Assembly (NCBI GenBank): GCA_043822305.1
Contig: JBDRBU010000077.1
Span: 1 to 32,345, forward strand
Length of the DNA: 32,345 nt
From: Candidatus Firestoneibacteriota bacterium
Lineage (GTDB): Bacteria > Oederibacteriota > D2-FULL-39-29 > JBDRBU01
Reading direction: 5' to 3'
Shown: positions 19,490-26,832 of the stretch, one piece after another
How the letters are laid out: every line of letters starts with the position of its first letter
Position numbering within the stretch: the first letter of the stretch is position 1
Notes under the pieces: model-generated
What the model saw: only the letters and a program-made list of their open reading frames with translations
What the model was told of the DNA's origin: nothing
The model's database searches: none
Made by a program: the position numbers and the translations under genes

Positions 19490-20380
19490 TCATACCCTTT
19501 CTGCTACTCTTAATTTTGAACTTCTACATCTTGGATTAGAAAATACTTCTTCATAAGATGGAACAACTGGTTTTTTCGTTATAATTTTTAATATTTGATT
19601 TTCCGTTTTAGAATATTCATTAAAAAACCTTTTAACAATTCTATCCTCTAATGAATGAAATGAGATAATACATATTCTGCTACTTTCATTCATAAAATTT
19701 AGTGCTTTTTTTAAAGCTTCTTGCAAATTACCAAGTTCATCATTAACAACTATTCTTAACGATTGAAATGTTTTAGTTGCCGGATGAATTCTTTTATACC
19801 AAAATTTTTTTGGTAGGCTACTATGTATTACTTCAACTAATTCAAATGTGGTTTCTATTTCTTTCTTTTTTCTCTCTTTACATATATTCTCTGCAATTCT
19901 TCTTGAAAATCTCTCTTCACCAAACACTTTAATTATTTCTTCTATATCTTTTTCGGGTAGTTTATTAACCAAATCTTTGGCCACAAGATCTTGACTTTTA
20001 TCCATTCTCATATCAAGACTTGAATTATATTTAAAACTAAATCCTCTATCCTTTGACTCTAATTGAAATGAAGAAACTCCCAGATCAAATAAAATTCCAT
20101 CAATTTTTTCTACTTTCATCTCTTTTAAAATTTTATCTATATTTTTAAAGTTATCTTTTACAATAAATACCCTGTCTTTAAATTTTTTTAATCTTTCTTT
20201 TGCTATATTTAAAACTTCCAAATCTTTATCAATCCCTATAATTTTTATTTCTTTACCCGAATTTTCAAGAATATTTAAACTATGCCCACCTTCCCCCAGA
20301 GTAGCATCTACATATATTCCATTATCTTTTAAGTTTAAAAATCCAATAACTTCATTTAAAAGAACCGGGATATGTGTCAT
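19490..20380 (-). CDS. rsmH: 16S rRNA m4C1402 methyltransferase
   Basis: HIPVLL, DATLGEGGHS, DLGVSSFQL, LDMRMD, HPATKTFQ, SFHSLEDR. Confidence 0.98.
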   Translation of the reverse strand: MTHIPVLLNEVIGFLNLKDNGIYVDATLGEGGHSLNILENSGKEIKIIGIDKDLEVLNIAKERLKKFKDRVFIVKDNFKNIDKILKEMKVEKIDGILFDLGVSSFQLESKDRGFSFKYNSSLDMRMDKSQDLVAKDLVNKLPEKDIEEIIKVFGEERFSRRIAENICKERKKKEIETTFELVEVIHSSLPKKFWYKRIHPATKTFQSLRIVVNDELGNLQEALKKALNFMNESSRICIISFHSLEDRIVKRFFNEYSKTENQILKIITKKPVVPSYEEVFSNPRCRSSKLRVAERV

Positions 20381-20829
20381 TTCATAATTCCAAGGTCAAA
20401 TAACTTTTGAACTACATTTTCAAAAGGTTTATCTGATGTTTCTTTTACATAATTTAGCCATTTTTCTTTTGCCCATATTTCTATAATATTAAAGTAACCT
20501 ATAATGGCTACATCTTTATTTATTCCTATTTTATTTCTTAAATCAGAGGGAATAAATATTCTGCCTTGCTTATCTAATGTAGAATCTGAGGCATTAGCAT
20601 ATAACATTCTTATTATATATCTGGTATTTGCATCTGTCATAGGAAGAGTTTTTAATTTGTCTTCAAAATTTTTCCATTCATTAATAGGAAACACAAAAAG
20701 ACAATCATCAAATCCTCTAGTAACAACAAATTTTTCTATATACTTTTCTGCTAAATCTGAGCGGAATTTGGCCGGTAAAATAATTCTCCCTTTTTTATCT
20801 AAAGAATGTTGATACTCCCCCATAAACAT
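20377..20829 (-). CDS. mraZ: Transcriptional regulator MraZ
   Basis: MFMGEYQHSLDKKGRIILP and second repeat LDKQGRIFIP; first gene of the dcw cluster. Confidence 0.98.
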   Translation of the reverse strand: MFMGEYQHSLDKKGRIILPAKFRSDLAEKYIEKFVVTRGFDDCLFVFPINEWKNFEDKLKTLPMTDANTRYIIRMLYANASDSTLDKQGRIFIPSDLRNKIGINKDVAIIGYFNIIEIWAKEKWLNYVKETSDKPFENVVQKLFDLGIMK

Positions 20830-20838
20830 ATCTTTTCC

Positions 20839-20897
20839 CTCCCCTTTGCACCACTTTACTCCACTTCAAGTATACAAATATTTTGTAATCTTGTCAA
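20839..20897 (-). promoter_or_regulatory. dcw promoter with three MraZ boxes
   Basis: TTGACA (20897-20892), 17 nt, TATACT (20874-20869); then GTGGAG, GTGGTG, GGGGAG at 10-nt spacing, the known form of MraZ sites. Confidence 0.85.
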
Positions 20898-20905
20898 GTA
20901 TTTTA

Positions 20906-20934
20906 TTGATTTTTTTTATATTTTTTGATAAAAT
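20906..20934 (+). promoter_or_regulatory. Sigma70-type promoter for the Nudix gene, probably leaderless
   Basis: TTGATT-N17-TAAAAT with extended TG; ATG 7 nt downstream; no SD. Confidence 0.6.
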
Positions 20935-20941
20935 CTAATCT

Positions 20942-21424
20942 ATGAAAAACATGGTATTTAATGGGAAACTTATAAAAGTTTATAGTGTAAATAATAAAGA
21001 TCTTGTTATTCACCCTGGAGCATCTGTAGTAATACCCTTGATTTCAAAAGACAATATAATACTTGTGAAACAGTATAGATTTGCTATAAAAAAATGGACA
21101 TGGGAGGTGCCTGCTGGAACATTAAAATCTGAGGAATCTCCTTTAAGATGTGCAAAAAGAGAATTAGAAGAAGAAACAGGTTATAAAGCAGGAAAACTAA
21201 CAAAATTACTAAGTTTTTATTCATCTCCTGGATTTTTGTTTGAAAAAATGCATTTATTTCTTGCAACAGATTTGAAGATAGGAGTTTTAAATTTGGACGA
21301 AGACGAAAACATAAAAATTAAAGTATTTAACTTAAAAGAAATAGAAAAAATGATTTTTGAAAATAAGATTGTCGATGCAAAAACTCTTGTAGCCATCTTA
21401 TTTTTAAAAAACTTTCTAAAGTAG
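20942..21424 (+). CDS. Nudix hydrolase, ADP-ribose pyrophosphatase-like
   Basis: Nudix box GTLKSEESPLRCAKRELEEETG, plus HPGA, QYR, SPG, IVDAKT. Confidence 0.92.
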   Translation: MKNMVFNGKLIKVYSVNNKDLVIHPGASVVIPLISKDNIILVKQYRFAIKKWTWEVPAGTLKSEESPLRCAKRELEEETGYKAGKLTKLLSFYSSPGFLFEKMHLFLATDLKIGVLNLDEDENIKIKVFNLKEIEKMIFENKIVDAKTLVAILFLKNFLK

Positions 21425-21787
21425 AACTATAAGCCGAATTCTGTTTAAATGGCTATTTCTCTTTAGTATAAGTCACCTTATACTTTAAGCAACCTACCCA
21501 AGGGCAAAGCGGCACCACTTATTCCCTTCTATTTGGTCTTGCTCCGGATGGGGTTTGCCGTACACCATTTAGTTACCTAAACGGACGGTAAGCTCTTGCC
21601 TCACCTTTTCACCCTTACCCTAGACCTAAACAATAATGAACGGTTTAGGGCGGTTTATTTTCTGTGGCACTTTCCTACCCCGCACATTTATGTGCTGGGC
21701 CCTCGCATTACGAGGCATCCTGGCCTATGGAGTTCGGACTTTCCTCTCCCACCCTAAGGAGGGAGCAGCCATTCGTTCTACTTTAGA
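21415..21787 (-). ncRNA. rnpB: Bacterial RNase P RNA, probably type A
   Basis: Minus strand GAGGAAAGTCCGAAC, AGTGCCACAGAAA, GGGTGAAA, GGCAAACCCC, GGAGCAAG, ACAGAATTCGGCTTA; P4 and terminal P1 complementarity; exact ends approximate. Confidence 0.97.
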
Positions 21788-21853
21788 TAGTCTGGTTACT
21801 TTTGTAACCAACTATTCCTAATATTATTCATTTACATTATTGAAAGTCAAATA

Positions 21854-22558
21854 TCATATATATAATATTCTACCACAGTTTTCACAAAAAATTAAAGACT
21901 CGTATTTCTTTATTTCAATAATTACCTGTGCCCTTAAATTAATAAAACAACCATTACAAGAATTATTTACTACTTTTACGATCCCAACACCACCTAAATT
22001 TTGTCTGATATTATTATATGTATTTAATAATTCATTAGTTTCTATTTTTTTTACTATTTCTTCCTTATGTAACTTTAATTCATTCATCTGTTGGTCAATC
22101 TCCTGAATTTCTTTGTTGCATTTCTCCTCAATTTTCCTCAATTTATCTTCTTCCTCTTTTATCTCATCCTGTAATACATTCACTTTTTTCTTAACCTCAT
22201 CTTCATTTAACATTTTTGAAATAATATCTTCTTCTATCTTAGAAACATTTTCTTTAAGATAGGCCATCTCTTGTTGTACGGCTGAATATTCTTTATTGGT
22301 TTTAACAGAATACAACTGGCTTTGTAGTTTTATCATCTCACTATTTTTTGAGCCAAGTTCTAACTCAATCATCTTCTTGCTTTTTTGTAACTCTTCATTT
22401 TCCTTTTTTATTATTATCTCTTTATCTTGTTTATCTTTTATATTTAACTTTTGTTCGTCTAATATCTGAGGAATTTCCGTTTTTTTACCTTCCAATTCAT
22501 CTATTCTCGTATCCATTTCTTGCAGTTTTAATAACAACTCTAACTCATTCTTTAACAT
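21854..22558 (-). CDS. Coiled-coil protein with C4-type zinc ribbon (DUF164/CT398-like)
   Basis: LLKLQEMD start, long coiled coil, CNGC...CENCGRILY. Confidence 0.9.
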   Translation of the reverse strand: MLKNELELLLKLQEMDTRIDELEGKKTEIPQILDEQKLNIKDKQDKEIIIKKENEELQKSKKMIELELGSKNSEMIKLQSQLYSVKTNKEYSAVQQEMAYLKENVSKIEEDIISKMLNEDEVKKKVNVLQDEIKEEEDKLRKIEEKCNKEIQEIDQQMNELKLHKEEIVKKIETNELLNTYNNIRQNLGGVGIVKVVNNSCNGCFINLRAQVIIEIKKYESLIFCENCGRILYI

Positions 22559-22623
22559 TCTACCTCCATCTAATTATTATTATAACATAGATATCTTCAA
22601 TAATACAAATGTTTTCTACTTTT

Positions 22624-23262
22624 CTACTTTTTCTTCCAGTCTTCAATAAACTTCTTTACCCCTAAATCTGTTAATGGATGCTTAATCATAAGTTCTAAAA
22701 CAGATTTTGGAACTGTAACAATATTTGTTCCGGCTAATGCAACTTCAAGCACATGCAAAGGTGTCCTTACACTTGCGGCTAAAACCTGTGTTCTAAAATC
22801 ATAGTTCTTGTAAATTTTAACAATATCTCTTATCAAATTTGTCCCAGACTGTGTTTCATCATCTAATCTCCCCACAAAAGGAGTAATATAGTCAACACCA
22901 ACTTTAGCCGCTAAGATCGCCTGATTTGCTGAAAAAATCAGGGTAAAATTAGTTTTTATCCCTCTTTTAGAAAGGACATTAACTGCTTTTATCCCTTCCT
23001 TAATAAATGGAATTTTTATAATTATATTTTCACTTATCTTAGAAAACACTTCTGCCTCTTTAAGCATATCATTAATAGAAGTCCCTATGGGTTCAACATG
23101 TATTGGGCCATTAACTATTTTAGAAATCTCCCTTAGCGTTTTCATAAAATTCTTCCCTTCTTTAGCCAGTAAAGTTGGATTTGTTGTGACACCATCAATT
23201 AAGTTAAACTCGTTCATCTCCTTTATCTCAGATATATTAGCACTATCTAAAAATATTTTCAT
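22624..23262 (-). CDS. tal: Transaldolase (short TalC/FSA family)
   Basis: IFLDSA, GVTTNPTL, IKIP (Schiff-base Lys), PFVGRLDD, LAASVR, HPLTD; Glu in HVEP and Phe in PFVGR favour transaldolase over FSA. Confidence 0.88.
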   Translation of the reverse strand: MKIFLDSANISEIKEMNEFNLIDGVTTNPTLLAKEGKNFMKTLREISKIVNGPIHVEPIGTSINDMLKEAEVFSKISENIIIKIPFIKEGIKAVNVLSKRGIKTNFTLIFSANQAILAAKVGVDYITPFVGRLDDETQSGTNLIRDIVKIYKNYDFRTQVLAASVRTPLHVLEVALAGTNIVTVPKSVLELMIKHPLTDLGVKKFIEDWKKK

Positions 23263-23283
23263 ATTTCCTCCTGAATAACTATT

Positions 23284-23712
23284 TTATTTTTCTTCGATAT
23301 TTTTAATAAATTCTCTTGCTGTTACTATTTTGATATTCTTATATTTTTTTAAAGTAAGAATATGCTTATCACCACTTATAAGATAATCTGCATTAAATTT
23401 TTCAGCACATTCCAATATTCTATTGTCATAGTCATCATTTATAATTTTTAATTTTTTATCTGGCATGACCACCATTGAATTATTATTAATTAACTCAATA
23501 ATTTCCTTCGTTTGACTTAATGGCCATGAAAATTTATTAATCAAAATATATGTTATTTCATTTAATATTTCTTTAGATATTCCCAAATCAAATTCTTTCA
23601 GTTTTACTTGTTTAAAGATATCTTCAGGTAGTCCTCCTGAAAAAACAATCATGGATATAAAGATATTGGTATCGCAGACTATCTTAATTTTTTTCGTCTT
23701 TTCTTGCTTCAT
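23284..23712 (-). CDS. PIN-domain putative toxin (VapC-like)
   Basis: IVCDTNIFIS, ILNE, DDYDNRILECA, ISGDKHIL; overlaps the upstream small gene. Confidence 0.9.
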   Translation of the reverse strand: MKQEKTKKIKIVCDTNIFISMIVFSGGLPEDIFKQVKLKEFDLGISKEILNEITYILINKFSWPLSQTKEIIELINNNSMVVMPDKKLKIINDDYDNRILECAEKFNADYLISGDKHILTLKKYKNIKIVTAREFIKNIEEK

Positions 23713-23926
23713 GTATTATCCTTTCAACATCCTCTTCGGTTAAAATCCCTTTTGCTTTTGCTGCCAACGAAAGTTCTTTTTGTATTTGCTTAAATCTTTT
23801 CCATTCAATATATTCTTTTAATGCTTCCATCACTATACCACTAACAGTTGTCATTTCCTCTTTTTTAATCTTCTCAAGTTTTGATACTAACTCTGATGGC
23901 AAGGTAATACTTATTGCTGTTTTCAT
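23684..23926 (-). CDS. Ribbon-helix-helix (CopG-like) putative antitoxin
   Basis: MKTAISITLPSELVSKLE...SGIVMEALKEY; SD GGAGGTG supports ATG 23926 rather than 23941. Confidence 0.85.
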   Translation of the reverse strand: MKTAISITLPSELVSKLEKIKKEEMTTVSGIVMEALKEYIEWKRFKQIQKELSLAAKAKGILTEEDVERIIHEARKDEKN

Positions 23927-23943
23927 AAAAACCACCTCCATTT

Positions 23944-23977
23944 ATATTATTTTATCATATTATTTTATAATAGTCAA
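23944..23977 (-). promoter_or_regulatory. Toxin-antitoxin promoter with a tandem operator-like repeat
   Basis: TTGACT-N17-TAAAAT with extended TG; 12-bp direct repeat ATATTATTTTAT at 23944 and 23957. Confidence 0.65.
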
Positions 23978-24023
23978 GATCTTACGGCTTTCACTTTTCA
24001 CTGACTTTCACTGACAATTTGCC

Positions 24024-24052
24024 TTGTTTTTTGATGTAAATATATTTATAAT
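24024..24052 (+). promoter_or_regulatory. Promoter for the moaD-like gene, probably leaderless
   Basis: TTGTTT-N17-TATAAT; ATG 6 nt downstream; no SD. Confidence 0.55.
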
Positions 24053-24058
24053 ACTACT

Positions 24059-24331
24059 ATGGTAAATGTAAACCCCACATCCTCTGGTGGTACGAGGGTA
24101 AATATCAAACTATATGCAAGTTTAAAAAATATATTTAAAAAAGACTCTTTTTTTACAAAAGTGTCAAGCATTAATGAATCTATCTTAAAACTTGAGGAAT
24201 TATCCAATAAAAAATTAGATAAAAATACCTTCTTTATAGTTATCAATGGTCAGGTTATAACAAATTATAAAGACTATCAATTAAAAGAAAACGACACCTT
24301 ACATATATTCCCGGTGATAGCCGGGGGATAA
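24059..24331 (+). CDS. MoaD/ThiS family sulfur carrier, with a 10-aa repeat-derived insert
   Basis: IKLYASL, IVING, LKENDTLHIFPVIAGG with C-terminal GG; close to the AOR gene. Confidence 0.88.
   Translation: MVNVNPTSSGGTRVNIKLYASLKNIFKKDSFFTKVSSINESILKLEELSNKKLDKNTFFIVINGQVITNYKDYQLKENDTLHIFPVIAGG
24068..24102 (+). repeat. GTAAACCCC element, 30-bp unit, in frame in the moaD-like gene
   Basis: gtaaaccccacatcctctggtggtacgagggtaaa; GTAAA at 24068 and 24098. Confidence 0.8.
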
Positions 24332-24375
24332 CAATTTAATTCTTTTGTTTTTCATAACCGTGTTTCTAACGAAGT

Positions 24376-24984
24376 TTACCATTTTTTTAATGTTTCCTTT
24401 GTTAAATTATCTGTATTTATACCTAATGTTTTTACTTTATATATTATCTTAGAAATATCTTCAAGTATACTAGCGTAATCAAGAGATTCTTCCAATGTTT
24501 TACCAATACTAAATGCACCGTGACCCCTGACGACAACAATTGGAAATTTTTTTAAAACCTTAGAGACTTTTTCCTCCATCTCTTTAGAACCACAACCAAA
24601 TTCAACTTTTATAACAGGAATTTTTTTTAAAACATAGCCACCTTCAGCATCAAGAGGTATGATCTCATCTTGATTAAACGATAAAACAACTGCATGTATA
24701 AGATGAGTATGAATTACGGCTAAAGCAGAAGTATTTTTTAGTATGGCCCTGTGCACATTAACCTCAGAAGACGCTAATGTTATACCAAAATCATCTTTAT
24801 CCAAACCAGTTTCTATTATATCATCTTCTTTCAAAAAGCCTAACATAGAACCACGACGGGTAATTAAGATTTTATCACCTAGACGAACACTCATATTGCC
24901 GCTATGAGAATTATTTAAACCTTTGTCACAAATAAATTTCCCTATCCTTCTGAATTCCTCTTTAATATCTTTATACTTTTCCAT
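24376..24984 (-). CDS. Class II aldolase/adducin family protein (fuculose-1-phosphate aldolase-like)
   Basis: SGNMSVR, SSEVNVH, VIHTH and RGHG metal-binding motifs. Confidence 0.88.
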   Translation of the reverse strand: MEKYKDIKEEFRRIGKFICDKGLNNSHSGNMSVRLGDKILITRRGSMLGFLKEDDIIETGLDKDDFGITLASSEVNVHRAILKNTSALAVIHTHLIHAVVLSFNQDEIIPLDAEGGYVLKKIPVIKVEFGCGSKEMEEKVSKVLKKFPIVVVRGHGAFSIGKTLEESLDYASILEDISKIIYKVKTLGINTDNLTKETLKKW

Positions 24985-25010
24985 ATATAAATCTCCTTGG
25001 AGAATTTTCT

Positions 25011-26795
25011 CTAACGGGGTAAATTCAGATCCTTTAATTTTTCTTCTTTTGGGATACCTTTTTCATCCCATTTTCTAAATTGATAATATTCTTTTAACAT
25101 ATCTTTTAGATTAACTACATGACCCTTACTTCCTCCTTCTTGAAAGGGTTCTTTCAAAAACCTTTCAGGAAGATTATCATCTTTATCAGAAAAACCTTCT
25201 CTTAAATTAAATAACCTTTCTAAATTATAAATCCTTTCTCCTGTTCTCATTAAATCTTCAGGTGCAAAATCTAACCCGGTAACAGCAGATAACATTCTTG
25301 CCCAACTTTGTTCAGAAAGTGCAAAAGTTGTAAATCTACAAACCACCAAAGAATCTACAGCCGCACCAAAATCCTGCAATCTTACAACATGCCCTGCTTT
25401 TCCAGTAGTTAGAAATCTATCAATTCTTCTTGGAACCCCTAATACTTCTGCACCAACTACATATCCTCCTCTTAAATGACACGCTCCTCTATTACTGGTA
25501 GCATATGTTAAACCCATCCCAACTGAACCTCGTGGGTCATATGCAGGAAGTTCAAGTCCTTTAACTTGCATTGAATACTTTATAGCCTTATATTTCTCTG
25601 ATAATCTTTTTGAGCCTTCGGCTAATTCATTTCCAATTCCTTTTCTAAAGGCAATATTTTTAATTGTATTTTTAATTTTTTTCTTTTCACCAAATCTTAT
25701 ACCAAAATCAATAATTCCTTTCCCGGTTAATTCCATGGCGCAAGCAATGGTTCCTCCTGTTGAGATTGTATCCATTCCCAGCATATTACATAAACGATTC
25801 ATCTCTGATATTAATTCAATATCATCTATGCCACAATTTGCTCCTAATGACCAAGTAGTTTCATACTCAGGGCCAGAACCTTTAAAACTTTTTGTCTTTA
25901 TCTTCCTGGCACATTGTATTATACCACATCCAAAACATCCAGAAGCTTTCTTTTCAAGAAGTTTTTCTGAAATTGCTTCCCCCGATATTTTAGAAGCTCC
26001 TTTAAATTCTCCAAACTGGAAGTTATTTGTAGGAAACATCCCAAAAACATTCATTAAATTTACAAGTACCGCTGTTCCATATTGTGGCAAAGCCTTTGAT
26101 GTAATAGGATGTGCTTTTAAATTTTTATTTGCTTCATAAAGAAATGAATTTAAACTTTCTTTATCAGAAATATTAATAGGTTTATCTCCTTTAACTAAAA
26201 TGGCTTTTAAATTTTTAGAACCCATGACAGCACCAGGTCCGCCTCTTCCGAATACTCTTTCTTTATCATTTATAACACAAGAAAATCTTACAAGATTTTC
26301 ACCAGCAGGTCCTATACAAACTACACTAAAATCTTTGCCTTCTTTGTCTAATAAAATATCTGTTGTCTCAAAAGTATCCTTACCCCATAAAAAAGAAGCA
26401 TCTTCAATTGTTACTAAATCATTATCTATTTTAATATAAATTGGCTTTTTAGATTTTCCTTTTATTATCAAAACATCAAAACCACACTTTTTTAATTTAA
26501 CTCCCCAAACTCCTCCTGATTGACAATCTAAAATTGTACCTGTTAACGGTGATTTTGTTGAAAGATTACTTTTTGAGGTTGGCACAGCCGTTCCTGTTAA
26601 AGGACCGTTAGAAAATATTAAAAGATTCTCTGGACTTAAAGGGTTAATACCTTTTTTTAAACCATCGTACAAAATTCTTGCTCCAAGTCCTCTTCCACCT
26701 AAATACTCTTTCAGTAAACTTTCCTCAATATTAAAATTTTTTATTTCATCTGATGTTAAATCTACTTTAATCCCTTTCCCCATCCAACCATTCAT
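25011..26795 (-). CDS. aor: Aldehyde:ferredoxin oxidoreductase (tungsten AOR family)
   Basis: YLGGRGLG, KSPLTG, IGPAGE, GRGGPGAVMGSKNLKA, CFGCGIIQC, GPEYET, GMDTIS, RGACHL. Confidence 0.93.
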   Translation of the reverse strand: MNGWMGKGIKVDLTSDEIKNFNIEESLLKEYLGGRGLGARILYDGLKKGINPLSPENLLIFSNGPLTGTAVPTSKSNLSTKSPLTGTILDCQSGGVWGVKLKKCGFDVLIIKGKSKKPIYIKIDNDLVTIEDASFLWGKDTFETTDILLDKEGKDFSVVCIGPAGENLVRFSCVINDKERVFGRGGPGAVMGSKNLKAILVKGDKPINISDKESLNSFLYEANKNLKAHPITSKALPQYGTAVLVNLMNVFGMFPTNNFQFGEFKGASKISGEAISEKLLEKKASGCFGCGIIQCARKIKTKSFKGSGPEYETTWSLGANCGIDDIELISEMNRLCNMLGMDTISTGGTIACAMELTGKGIIDFGIRFGEKKKIKNTIKNIAFRKGIGNELAEGSKRLSEKYKAIKYSMQVKGLELPAYDPRGSVGMGLTYATSNRGACHLRGGYVVGAEVLGVPRRIDRFLTTGKAGHVVRLQDFGAAVDSLVVCRFTTFALSEQSWARMLSAVTGLDFAPEDLMRTGERIYNLERLFNLREGFSDKDDNLPERFLKEPFQEGGSKGHVVNLKDMLKEYYQFRKWDEKGIPKEEKLKDLNLPR

Positions 26796-26807
26796 TTAAC
26801 ACCTCAG

Positions 26808-26832
26808 AAAATAGGGACAGACACCCTATTTT
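26808..26832. repeat. AAAATAGGGACAG palindrome, copy 1, overlapping the kinase stop codon
   Basis: aaaataggg-acagaca-ccctatttt. Confidence 0.65.

Noticed and set aside
21636..21821. 61-aa plus-strand ORF
   Set aside because: Antisense to RNase P RNA; no protein features.
24046..24246. 66-aa minus-strand ORF
   Set aside because: Antisense to the MoaD/ThiS gene, which has the diagnostic C-terminal GG.
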